Virus record (IMG/VR): IMGVR_UViG_3300035180_002250 | Coordinates: 1 to 64,000 of that record | DNA: 64,000 bases | Strand: one strand, 5' to 3' | Source: a virus | Part shown: piece by piece, positions 10,251 through 20,192 of the stretch | Layout of the letters: each line of letters opens with the position of its first letter | Numbering within the stretch: position 1 is the first letter of the stretch | Made by a program: the position numbers and the translations under genes | Notes under the pieces: generated by a model | The model's input: the letters and a program-made list of their open reading frames with translations, nothing else | Database searches by the model: none | Told to the model about the DNA's origin: nothing

Positions 10251-10346
10251 CATGCACATGCACATGCACATGCACAGGAGTACTTGTTAGAACGCGAGTA
10301 CTTATTATAACGCGAGTATTTTATACTCGCGGGAGTACTTGTTATA
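10251..10346. repeat. CATGCA x4 followed by 18-bp GAGTACTTGTTA-type repeats with an internal palindrome
   Basis: Repeat units at 10278, 10296, 10314 and 10333; CGCGAGTA/TACTCGCG inverted repeat at 10311-10331. Confidence 0.85.
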
Positions 10347-10442
10347 TATATTATAATATAGCGTATCTGTAACTATTTAATTTTATTCATATTATCTTAA
10401 CGATAGTTCCCCTGGATTTCAGGGTAAACCTGGGAGGAAACC

Positions 10443-11195
10443 ATGTTGAAAGTTCAAAAAAAAATTGTAGAATTCTTGCAGATAGTTAAAGAAATCAAGA
10501 GCACTACTGATAACAGATCATTAGAAAATCTATATATAACACTACCATTATTCAGCATGTTGGCTGCAGTTATAGCATCAGAGCAGATTGATGAAATTGA
10601 ATTTTGTAAAAAGATTATAAACTTCACAAAAGACATGTTTAAATCCGAGCATAAAATCTATTCTACTGCAGTAAAACCACGGAGTATAATACTTCTTCGT
10701 AAAGTTCTACCACTGGCCTTAAACATAAACTCCTATAGCACAAAGGTTAACATAGACCCAACCGAGTTTAACCCAGACTACATCATAAAAGATTTGTTAT
10801 TTGGGTTTCCCTATGAACCAATATACCCAAACCGTTGGGACTACCTCCTGACGATGTGGAACGATGTGGAACAGTGTTTAACACCGTTTGCACCATTTAT
10901 AACCTTGCCTTTATGTGACTTTAGTACCATCGTAACCCGCATTGTGTATAAAAGAAATAATCAAATAAATAAAGAGATTATTAAAAACATCAATAAAAAG
11001 ATACATATGAACAAATCAATAATTTTAGAAAACGGATTGTACCATGAATTATCTTGGTTTTTTGAATATTTAACAACCATAATAACAAAGACTATCGCGA
11101 ATTCTAAAAAAACATCCTTGGCAAAATTTTATGACGTTCACCTGAGGATGCTATCTGATACTATGAAAAGTATTATTACACCTAAATCAACATAG
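10443..11195 (+). CDS. Hypothetical protein
   Basis: 250-aa ORF with strong RBS GGGAGG; no recognised motif. Confidence 0.75.
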   Translation: MLKVQKKIVEFLQIVKEIKSTTDNRSLENLYITLPLFSMLAAVIASEQIDEIEFCKKIINFTKDMFKSEHKIYSTAVKPRSIILLRKVLPLALNINSYSTKVNIDPTEFNPDYIIKDLLFGFPYEPIYPNRWDYLLTMWNDVEQCLTPFAPFITLPLCDFSTIVTRIVYKRNNQINKEIIKNINKKIHMNKSIILENGLYHELSWFFEYLTTIITKTIANSKKTSLAKFYDVHLRMLSDTMKSIITPKST

Positions 11196-11502
11196 AATTG
11201 TTATTTTTATATGTCGCTAAATAACGAAATCAACACGCTATTTTAGGGGGTTAAAAAGTGTATAAAAAGTTAACACATGACACCCCCTAAAATCTAATCA
11301 ATAAATTAACTAAGCTAACAAATACATGGGAATTTTTGTTACCAATCTACTAAATGGAGGGTATTTTCTGTTTTTTTCACTGAGGTAAAAAAAGATGGTA
11401 CTAAAAAGGGAAAGAACATTGAAAATCTGTGGGAATTCCAATTTTTTAACTTTGTAACATATTGGGATAATTTACTATTTGAAAATACAATTTTTTCTTC
11501 TC

Positions 11503-11603
11503 AATTTCATTTCATAGAAATTTAAATTTTCAATTTCTATGAAATGAAAGGCATTTTCCCATTTCATAGATTTAGATCAGGCCAAATTCTATGAAATGAA
11601 ATT
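11503..11603. repeat. Two adjacent inverted repeats built from CATTTCATAGA
   Basis: Perfect 18-bp IR at 11505-11522/11532-11549; second IR at 11560-11570/11588-11598. Confidence 0.9.
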
Positions 11604-11873
11604 CTTTATTAGTTTGTGTCTTATTTATATTTTAAATTATTTCAACCTGTTAGAAAATACAACAAATTGTAGGTTTTAACTATATTCCCTTTTTATTATT
11701 CTTTTTTTACCATGTGGTTGGAAAAACTATTTTTTTATATTTAATTTCAATTAGATACCATATAATACATAGTTTTCCTGACAAAATATGGCATTTTTCC
11801 AGTATTTACTAGCTTAAATATGTGTACAAGATTGTATAATACCTATAATTACAGTAAGTTACATTGAATACCC

Positions 11874-12321
11874 AAAACCTGTAATTTGAAATCTGACTTC
11901 AAAAAGTACCCCCCCCCCATAGCGATTTTTTTTTTTCATTTTTCCCACCAAAAACCAAGAATAATGGGGTTTTTGTGAAGCCCCGAAAACACTACATTTG
12001 CGACCTAAGTATCTGAAATTATTAGATATATATATATAAATATATACCTTTAAAATTCGTAAATAATATAATAATAATACCCCCCAAAAATCTAAAAAAC
12101 CCCAGTAAACACTCAAACTGAATTCCACCTCATTTCTGTTACTCTCAGTCGGACCCCATTTACCCATTCCACTGTTTTGCCCATCTACCGGGCCTTCATA
12201 CCCGTTTCCCCCCATTATATATATAATTTGATCTCAGGCACCCCTCCACCCCATTTTGCATTTAATTTTTCCTATAGGGGGGGGGGTATTTTTTGAGGTC
12301 GTTTTTTGGATTACAGGTTTT
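11874..12321. repeat. About 50-bp imperfect inverted repeat with C10/G10 tracts, arms about 350 bp apart
   Basis: AAAACCTGTAAT..GACTTCAAAAAGTACCCCCCCCCCATAG (11874-11922) vs CTATAGGGGGGGGGGTATTTTTTGAGGTC..ATTACAGGTTTT (12272-12321). Confidence 0.85.
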
Positions 12322-12911
12322 TTATATGATTTTATAATCTACTAATTTAACTAGCTATTCTTTACATTTTAAAAAGTTAACTATCTAATTTTATTCAAGT
12401 ATCTCTACATTTTCCATAAAATAGATGTCATTTTTAATTATCAATAAATTTGATATGTTACATAGTTAACCCTCTCCACCTAAAATAATCGTAATATTTT
12501 ACATAAGGTTCCAAGTTTAACAATAAAATGTACTTTATTTTTCCTGGTATTTTATTAGTGTTTTCAAGAATTACACAAATTATACAAAAAATGAATATCC
12601 ACCAAATTCAAAAAATAAAAAGTCATGAAATGACGCTCACCATTTCATTTCCACCAAATTAAAAATCTCAAAATCTATTTTTCGTCATAACCAGCCCCTG
12701 AAGTACAATTTTTATTATTATTATTATCCATAATTGCTGTCATTAACTCGCTATCCTACTAATTTTATTATTAATTTTTTAAAAATGAATGATCATTCAT
12801 TTTATGTATTTACTGGCTTCTATAATTTTTACTACTCTATAACAGTGGTGTCTAAAATCTTATTTACGTAATATTGTGTTTTTTCGTAGTAATTGATAAC
12901 AATCTACTGGT

Positions 12912-13022
12912 GCAAAAATGCGACTCACCGGTATATACTGCCAAAAAAATAAGTGAGTACTGAAACTACTATATGTATTTTGTCGCAAAAATGCGACTCA
13001 ATAGTATATACTACCAAAAAAA
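12912..13022. repeat. About 38-bp direct repeat x2
   Basis: GCAAAAATGCGACTCA...GTATATACT.CCAAAAAAA at 12912 and 12985. Confidence 0.9.
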
Positions 13023-13402
13023 TTAAAATAGTACTACCAATTCCAAAATTGTACCACGTGTTATTTTTAACAATGAGACACTTTTAACAAAAATGATACA
13101 CTACTACGTGATACCTTTGTCAGAAATTTTTATGTTTTTCATGTTACAAACACCAATGGAACTGCACTTAATCCCACCCAAGAGTTCACAATGAACCCCC
13201 TTCATTAATCCTACACTAATTCACTTAATATCACTCCTTCACTTTTTTGAACTAATGATAAATTCATACTATGAATAACATACACAACTTGAACTAAATT
13301 CAACTATAATAATTCTATTCATTTAATTTAAACACTATGACCTAAAAATATATCAAATAACTCAAAAATACCTTAATTACTACCTCCCCACGTAGTCCCA
13401 CA

Positions 13403-13462
13403 TTGTAAAACATAGTCCTATCTTATAAAACATAGCCTCACCTTCTAAAACATACTCCCACA
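13403..13462. repeat. 20-bp period repeat x3
   Basis: TTnTAAAACATA at 13403, 13423 and 13443. Confidence 0.8.
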
Positions 13463-13554
13463 CCTAAAATTAAGTAAATATCAACACCCCAACCAAAGGA
13501 TTACTTAAAAAAGCCCAAACTCCCCCTCAAATTTTCTGACAATCCTGGTATCCA

Positions 13555-13606
13555 CCGGTAGAACGTAGTTAGAACCCGGTAGAACGTAGTTAGAATCCGG
13601 TAGAAC
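13555..13606. repeat. 21-bp tandem repeat x2.5
   Basis: CCGGTAGAACGTAGTTAGAA(C/T) at 13555 and 13576, partial at 13597. Confidence 0.9.
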
Positions 13607-13713
13607 CAAGTTCAACGTAGCTTTTATTTGTACCCCATGTACCCCAACATCTAAATTTTTTATTAACTTCTCCCTAAAAGGTGCACACTATCAAATATAC
13701 TTCTATTTGCTTG

Positions 13714-13832
13714 GGTTCAAACATAGTACTACTTTGTACTGCACCTGGTTCAAACATAGTACTACTTTGTACTGTACTTGGTTCAAACATATCACTACTT
13801 TGTATCACACTCTGTTCAAACATATCACTACT
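13714..13832. repeat. 33-bp period iteron-like repeat x4
   Basis: (G)GTTCAAACATA(GT/TC)ACTACT at 13714, 13747, 13780 and 13813. Confidence 0.9.
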
Positions 13833-14106
13833 ATATTTCAAAAAATAAAGGTTTTTGTGTTATAACCTATTAGAATGTTGTGAGTTTAGGTTATTACCCA
13901 TCACAACATTTTCACATATAGCACCGTACCAGGTGCACCCTCTCATTAACTTGGCCAACTATTATCTACCTGGTGGGGTACACGATACGGCTGGCCAATT
14001 TATTTTAATAAAAAAGGGTAAAAGCAAATTAAAAAGAAGTGTATTGGTGTAAACAGTATTTTTATTAGTAGGGTAAACCAACAAACCAAAAATAGGAGAA
14101 CGGATC

Positions 14107-14322
14107 ATGGCACTTTGCAAAGTAACGGTAACAAGTATTGATGGTAAAACGTCGCATATGGCACTGGGCGGCGGGGCTACATTGGGTGATCTTATGGATG
14201 ATTTGGGAATTTCTCCGTCTACCACGCAAGCCCTGGTAGATGGTGAGGTAACGGATGCTGATACAGAACTTTGGGATGGGGCTAATGTTTCATTTAAGAC
14301 TCTCAAGTCAACGAATGGATAA
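14107..14322 (+). CDS. Ubiquitin-like beta-grasp protein (ThiS/MoaD/Ubl superfamily)
   Basis: 71 aa; KVTVT..G....GATLGDLMDDLGI....ALVDG....DTELWDGANVSF pattern; ends in Gly (KSTNG); RBS AGGAG. Confidence 0.8.
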   Translation: MALCKVTVTSIDGKTSHMALGGGATLGDLMDDLGISPSTTQALVDGEVTDADTELWDGANVSFKTLKSTNG

Positions 14323-14362
14323 CTTGAGAGTAAAATAAAAATCGGCTATGTGAACGCACAAT

Positions 14363-14406
14363 AGGGTAGGACTAAGCCACCACTTAGTTCTACCCTTATT
14401 TTTTTA
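14363..14406 (+). terminator. Intrinsic terminator after the Ubl gene
   Basis: AGGGTAGGACTAAG-loop-CTTAGTTCTACCCT followed by a T-tract. Confidence 0.75.
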
Positions 14407-14485
14407 GCAATCTATTAGTATCCAATAGTAAACTGTGCATGCATCACATAAAATGTAAATAAAATATAAAATAAGGAAAACGCTA

Positions 14486-16492
14486 ATGAGTAAAGAAGAA
14501 TATTTGTCTATACAAGAGGTTCTTACACAGATGTCTGGTGTTGAACACCCAATTATCCAGACACAGCAAACACTCCCTAAAGAGGATATTACCTATGTAG
14601 CAAAATTATTATCCAGTGGGGATACAGATAGCATTATGAATTTAATTGATTTTATACATGCTCATCCAAAATATAATGAGAGTGTTGTGGCTGCTGGGAA
14701 CGTAGCATATAACTATTATGATTCAATATATTCTAATAAAGCGACTGAAATTAAGAATGCAAGTTCACTTAAAGACAAAAAATATGTATGGTATATCACC
14801 AATGGTTCTAAGAATTTGATTAATGCATACCAGCCATTTGCAATGGCTTTTATCCCGACAACACTTTATCTAAACAAGTATTTTACCGAGGTTAATACTC
14901 ATGAATATATAATTAAACTTTATCTGCAATCATTTATAAAGATTTTACTTACATCGAAAGTAGTAACACGCACTAATAATGGGTATGAGTTAGCATCCAA
15001 CGGACAAGAGTTTAAAACAGTAATGGATATTCTTATGAGTAATCCATTATCAGCATATTATATTTTTGGTAGGATAACTTATAATAAGAATGAATATATA
15101 CCCTATGGGACAGACTCTATATTCAATCCAATACTGAAAATTATAAATTATGAAGTAACAGGTAGTTCCTCTAGTGCCTCTAGTGATTCTAGTGCCTCAA
15201 CAGAGTTTACGATAGACAAACATATTCACCAAATAAACAAGTATCTATTAACTAAGTATAATACAGTGTTAGATATATTATTTAACACAAATAGTAGTAA
15301 GACTATTAACTTTAGTGAGTTTATAGCAGTGTGGATGCTGTCAAAACCGAATGTAAATTATATAGAACTTTCAAATACAACACTTTTACTAAATTATTTG
15401 TATAAAATGTTGCATGTATTCAGCTCTTATAATTTTACAAATAAGGACCTTACTAATAATTTTGATAGTAATACTAATAATAATACAAGGTTTTTATCTG
15501 ACTATTTACTTAAAATAGAAAAGCTGATTACCCCACTAGAAGCAGATATGTGTATTACAGGACTGTTTTGCCCTGTACCTATACGAAGTGAGGTGTCAAG
15601 CAACTCGACAGTGAGTGTAGGTGTACCTAATGGACAAATTTTCACAGGTGAAATTAAAACCAAGTCAAATAAGTGCTTTGCTGGGATTATACCATTATAC
15701 ACATATTACTTAGTATCTACAGGGATTTATTGTAACAGTCTGTTAGCTAATTGGGTATCGCTGACTAGAAAGAAAACAGAAGAGGAGGTTAATAAACAAG
15801 TTAAAGAGCAGTTTGGTAATTTGTTTATTACAAATATATTTTGTGTTCAAAGTACCAATATAAACCCTATATATAAGGATCAATCAAATGTAAGTGCATT
15901 CGATTCTGGGAAATATGCATTTACATATATTTTTGAGAGATTCAAAGGTCTTCCTGTTCTAATATTAACTTTCATGAACTCGTATAAACCAAGTCTCCCG
16001 ATGTTTCTGGTGCAGACGGAAGATAAACGTATAGCCTTTTGGGTTCCACAGCATAAACAAGTTATTAACTTCATTTTAAACTACTGCAACCACAAGATAA
16101 ATAATTATTCCATATTAAACACTGTTGATGACAATATAGTTAATTTTGTAACTAATCCATCAAAAATTAATTTTGAGATAATGCTTGGGGTAATAACAGA
16201 TACTACAAATATAATTACTGATAATACAGAAATAGCTATAGATAAGATAAATCCAAGTTTGTTAATAAGCATCAACTCAGGAAATTATGTATTACCCTTG
16301 GGTTTCTCCCAGTTGATCGAGGAGAACATCGATGGCAGGAAGTTGTTGGGAATGGAAGTTGAGAAAGAAGTATCCCCAACTGATCTTGGGTGCTTGTTAA
16401 CCTTGAGATTAAACATGGATATGGAAGTTTACTCAAAAAATGGTAAAGTAATTCAAAGTATTATACCAAGTAGATTGGAGACACAACAATGA
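14486..16492 (+). CDS. Hypothetical protein within the Ubl locus
   Basis: 668-aa ORF; stop overlaps the next start (ATGA); no recognised motif. Confidence 0.8.
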   Translation: MSKEEYLSIQEVLTQMSGVEHPIIQTQQTLPKEDITYVAKLLSSGDTDSIMNLIDFIHAHPKYNESVVAAGNVAYNYYDSIYSNKATEIKNASSLKDKKYVWYITNGSKNLINAYQPFAMAFIPTTLYLNKYFTEVNTHEYIIKLYLQSFIKILLTSKVVTRTNNGYELASNGQEFKTVMDILMSNPLSAYYIFGRITYNKNEYIPYGTDSIFNPILKIINYEVTGSSSSASSDSSASTEFTIDKHIHQINKYLLTKYNTVLDILFNTNSSKTINFSEFIAVWMLSKPNVNYIELSNTTLLLNYLYKMLHVFSSYNFTNKDLTNNFDSNTNNNTRFLSDYLLKIEKLITPLEADMCITGLFCPVPIRSEVSSNSTVSVGVPNGQIFTGEIKTKSNKCFAGIIPLYTYYLVSTGIYCNSLLANWVSLTRKKTEEEVNKQVKEQFGNLFITNIFCVQSTNINPIYKDQSNVSAFDSGKYAFTYIFERFKGLPVLILTFMNSYKPSLPMFLVQTEDKRIAFWVPQHKQVINFILNYCNHKINNYSILNTVDDNIVNFVTNPSKINFEIMLGVITDTTNIITDNTEIAIDKINPSLLISINSGNYVLPLGFSQLIEENIDGRKLLGMEVEKEVSPTDLGCLLTLRLNMDMEVYSKNGKVIQSIIPSRLETQQ

Positions 16493-18261
16493 GTACAATT
16501 AAAATTAATACAATAAATAATACATTCGAGGTTTTAAATAATATTTTCTATCCAGGAATTTCAGAAAATAATATTAAAGATTCCTTACAGGAGGCGTATA
16601 ATAAATATCTGCAATTACTTACAGAGTACCAGAATTCTATGGTGAACAAGAATACATGCTTTTCAAAAGTTTTAGTGTCAAATATGTTAAGCAACTTTGG
16701 ATATCCTGCAACATTTTCAAATTCTAATGGAGCTTTGCATATTCTGTTAGACAAATATCCAATCAGATTAAACTCAGTAAAGAATATGCCAAACATCTCG
16801 GAAAAAAATAAAAACAACAACAAACTTCAATATTATTGGATCACACCAAAGGCATTTACTATGGAGTTGTTGATGGATAGCACACAGATTATTCTAAATA
16901 ATCGTACTGGTGCTAATGAAGGCACAACAACCACTGTAGCATCTACACTGGGTACACTGCTTAACGATGGTGTACCTTGTAATATACTGTTGTTCAAAAA
17001 CCCTTTGTTACACAACCATGTGTCAACAGAGCAAAACAGTATAAAGTATAATATATCGAAGATCAACAACACAGCAAATATATGTGTTGGTACACATAAG
17101 TTTCTTAATGGGTATGGTTCAATTTTTACTACTGCGACTAATGCTACTAATGATACTAAATGGATCGTATCCAAGAGTACACCAAATGAAATCGTAACTA
17201 ATTTTTTCTATGATTTCTTTGATTGGATACAAACAGTTACCTTCGATGATTGTTATAGGTACAATTATTTTAATCAAATTACCTTATATAATCGAGAAAC
17301 AACAAATAATCTTATAAGTGAAATGGTACCAACTATATACGATGGAAACCCTTTAATATATGAAGGACGCTGTTTCCACGGACGAGGTTACACTGAAAGA
17401 TATTTTACTTTGTGTAATGATCTTATCACTACAATAACAGGGCTCCACCGAGTATTAAAAGAGTCCTACAGAGAAGTAAACGATGTAGTAAATGGGTATA
17501 TCAAACAAACAGATACAAACACATACACAGACACAAACACAGCCACAGATACAGACACATCTATTAACGATGAAGATAAAGAAACATTTTTAATTAAAAG
17601 TAGTAGTAGTGGCGAGGCAACAGGTGAATCTGTAGAAAGTGGACGTAAAAAAATTTATGAGATAGTAGATTCTGTAATAAAAAGAATCTATAAAACTCAA
17701 GCACAATTTGAAGACCAATATGCAAAGGATATCATATATAATGTAACCGAAATAACTGAAAAAATTAATACGCTGTTTTACCATCAGCAATGCTTATTTG
17801 AAGATAAATATAAGTTTGCTCATGCAGGTTGTGTAGCTGCATCAGAAAACATGAAGGAAGTGTCACGAGTTTTATCTGATATAGGGATAATTAATAAGTA
17901 TAATACCAGTTTTAGCCATATGGAGAGGGAATGTAAGCTGTTTAGTACTTGGGATATTTTACATCAATTAGCCTCTTGGTTATGCTTGGTATACCTGAAT
18001 TTGATGGCGGAACTTCTGTATTTTAATGCGTATCGGTGGAGTTTTGATATTATTGGTGTACGGTATGATACGGAAGAAGTCGTATATAAATCGGGAAGTA
18101 ATTTTGCAGTACCAACTGGTAACCCATTGTTCACATTTATTAATTATACTAGGCACCACACAGAATCGTATAATGGTAGTTATTTAAATCCATATACGTT
18201 AAATGATATTAAATATATTCTGGATATACATGAGTTTTTCTCAAAGTATTTTGTAATTTAA
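16489..18261 (+). CDS. Putative E2/UBC-like conjugating protein with long extensions
   Basis: PLLHNHVS (H175, H177) followed by NICVG (C199), resembling the HPH/HPN...ICLG signature of prokaryotic E2s; lies between Ubl and JAB/E1. Confidence 0.55.
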   Translation: MSTIKINTINNTFEVLNNIFYPGISENNIKDSLQEAYNKYLQLLTEYQNSMVNKNTCFSKVLVSNMLSNFGYPATFSNSNGALHILLDKYPIRLNSVKNMPNISEKNKNNNKLQYYWITPKAFTMELLMDSTQIILNNRTGANEGTTTTVASTLGTLLNDGVPCNILLFKNPLLHNHVSTEQNSIKYNISKINNTANICVGTHKFLNGYGSIFTTATNATNDTKWIVSKSTPNEIVTNFFYDFFDWIQTVTFDDCYRYNYFNQITLYNRETTNNLISEMVPTIYDGNPLIYEGRCFHGRGYTERYFTLCNDLITTITGLHRVLKESYREVNDVVNGYIKQTDTNTYTDTNTATDTDTSINDEDKETFLIKSSSSGEATGESVESGRKKIYEIVDSVIKRIYKTQAQFEDQYAKDIIYNVTEITEKINTLFYHQQCLFEDKYKFAHAGCVAASENMKEVSRVLSDIGIINKYNTSFSHMERECKLFSTWDILHQLASWLCLVYLNLMAELLYFNAYRWSFDIIGVRYDTEEVVYKSGSNFAVPTGNPLFTFINYTRHHTESYNGSYLNPYTLNDIKYILDIHEFFSKYFVI

Positions 18262-18278
18262 TATAACTTATTCAGAAC

Positions 18279-19979
18279 ATGAATAAAAGGAGCAACCCAA
18301 TGCGAAAAGAAAAAGGAAAAGAAAGAGGAAAAGAAGTTACTAAGTGTGGTTCATTGGATAATGTTTTTATACCTACTCTACTAAAACCAAAAGAGCAAGT
18401 TAAAGAGGCTGAGGGGGCAGAAGTGAAAGAGAAAGAGGAAGAAAAAAAGACCTATAAATTTTTCGAACCATTTATGAGAATGCCGAAGTGGGAGGTAGAT
18501 AAAGCGTTGTTAGATAATGGGTATGTGCTGTTCCACACGAAAAAGCAAGAAGAAGTAGCAGCAACAGCAACAGGCGTACCTCTGAATTATATTATTCCGA
18601 GTGTCTATATTGATATCCGTATTTATAATCAGGTTAAATATTTTTTCGATATTTTAGCAAAGGACAACAAGGAAGGGTATGTGTTTCTCCTTAGTAAAAA
18701 GTTGAATAGCCTGGACCCAAATTATTTGGTATATGGCTGGTTCTCCTGCGCTCAAAGGGTGTCCAGCAGCGATGTAGAAGCTGATATGGAGGACGCAAGG
18801 AGGTACTTCAAGTATCTTAAAGAGTATGAGGTAGATGGTAAGAAGTATCACGATTTCCAGGAAGGTTTCCATAAGCGAATCGTGCCGACACATTCTCACC
18901 ACACCATGAAACTAAATAACTGGAGTGGTGTAGATATTAAACAGCAGACATCTAGGTCTGACATGGGATTCATGGATGATTACAAACTATTTGGGTTATA
19001 CACAACGACATATGGGTTCAAGTTTTCTTTGATAAATTATTTTCCTGTGTATTTCCGTGTGGAAGATTGTAATGTTGGGTATTACTTCAGCAGGGATGCA
19101 TTGGATTGGGAAATAACTAAGGATGACAAAAAGAAAATTGAAAGTATGATCAAAGAGTTAGTAGAGGTACCAAAGTATACGTATAATGTAAATAATAAAG
19201 ATTTGATAGCATCGTTTGGTACGCTGTTTAACAATAATACCAACACTACCACCACTACCCACATTAATAACAACAAAGACACTACAAACAATAATAGGTG
19301 GAACTATGACAGTATATTGGATTACGATGAACATGATTATGAGCATAGCCATTTATGGTATGATACTACAACGACCAATCAAACAAAGGCAAGAAATGAT
19401 GAGGTGGCACTAATCAGTCCTGAGGATGCACCAATAGCATTGGAGAGGTTCACAAAACTTTTATTTGATTATATGGAAATCCCCCCTAAGTATAGCCAGG
19501 AGCATGGGAAAATCAAAAATAGTTTAATAAAGAGTATTAAAGTGAACCCTAAGTATTTTGATAAGTTGTTAAGCGTAGTATTTTGGTTCATGTCAGATTA
19601 CGAAGAACATCTTATTGACGCAGTGAGTATGTATCCATCTAAGAATACAGGTGAATTATATTATGAGATAAATAACAAGGTACTGGAAGATACATTCAGT
19701 ACTGGGGTAAAAACGTTCTGCCAGGTTCTACAATTTAAGGGGGCGATGAACCCGTTAGAAAGTGGTTTGGAAGATGATGATATTGAGGATTTTATAGCGT
19801 GTAAACCGATTCTCCCTTTCCTAATCGCAGTGTTGTTCAAGAAGGATTACGTAGAAAGTTATTTTGGGGATGTATTCAAAAAGTTCAGCAATTATTTGAA
19901 ATCCAAAAAAGAGTCAGAGCAAAAATACACAGTAAAGGATTTTACACTGTTTCTTGAGGCGGTTTCTGACTATATGTGA
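18279..19979 (+). CDS. JAB/JAMM (MPN+) metallopeptidase
   Basis: E132 (KEGYVFL) and HSHHTMKLNNWSGVD (H205, H207, S216, D219); true start may be the ATG at 18300. Confidence 0.8.
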   Translation: MNKRSNPMRKEKGKERGKEVTKCGSLDNVFIPTLLKPKEQVKEAEGAEVKEKEEEKKTYKFFEPFMRMPKWEVDKALLDNGYVLFHTKKQEEVAATATGVPLNYIIPSVYIDIRIYNQVKYFFDILAKDNKEGYVFLLSKKLNSLDPNYLVYGWFSCAQRVSSSDVEADMEDARRYFKYLKEYEVDGKKYHDFQEGFHKRIVPTHSHHTMKLNNWSGVDIKQQTSRSDMGFMDDYKLFGLYTTTYGFKFSLINYFPVYFRVEDCNVGYYFSRDALDWEITKDDKKKIESMIKELVEVPKYTYNVNNKDLIASFGTLFNNNTNTTTTTHINNNKDTTNNNRWNYDSILDYDEHDYEHSHLWYDTTTTNQTKARNDEVALISPEDAPIALERFTKLLFDYMEIPPKYSQEHGKIKNSLIKSIKVNPKYFDKLLSVVFWFMSDYEEHLIDAVSMYPSKNTGELYYEINNKVLEDTFSTGVKTFCQVLQFKGAMNPLESGLEDDDIEDFIACKPILPFLIAVLFKKDYVESYFGDVFKKFSNYLKSKKESEQKYTVKDFTLFLEAVSDYM

Positions 19980-19989
19980 CCATGCAGGA

Positions 19990-20156
19990 AACATCACAAG
20001 TAACATCACAAGTAACACCGCAGTAAACATCGCATACAACATCGCAGAAAACGGCGCTTAACTCAGTCCCAACCAAGTTCCAACTCAGTCCCAACTCAGT
20101 TCCAACTCAGTCCCAACTCAGTCCCAACTAAGTCTTACCCAAATTAAGCGCCGTTT
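19990..20156. repeat. 12-bp repeat x6, then a 13-bp inverted repeat enclosing an 11-bp repeat x7
   Basis: AACATC(A/G)CAnnn units at 19990-20061; AAACGGCGCTTAA 20049-20061 / TTAAGCGCCGTTT 20144-20156; AACTCAGTCCC units at 20060-20136. Confidence 0.95.
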
Positions 20157-20192
20157 CACAAAAAAATTAAAAAAGTAAAGGAGCAAAACACT

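Larger units (their letters stand above)
11196..14060. other. Long non-coding repeat-rich region, candidate replication origin
   Basis: No credible ORF; multiple inverted and direct repeats; near the switch of coding strand; visibly C/A-rich up to about 13.8 kb, then G-richer coding sequence. Confidence 0.55.

Noticed and set aside
11859-12215. 118-aa minus-strand ORF in the non-coding region
   Set aside because: Low-complexity translation across homopolymer and TA runs inside the inverted repeat; no clear RBS.
13714-13832. 33-bp periodic repeat as a CRISPR array
   Set aside because: The variable parts are only about 8-14 bp and resemble each other; there are no unique 25-45 bp spacers and no cas genes.
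20060-20136. 11-bp repeat array as a mini-CRISPR
   Set aside because: Contiguous tandem units without spacers.
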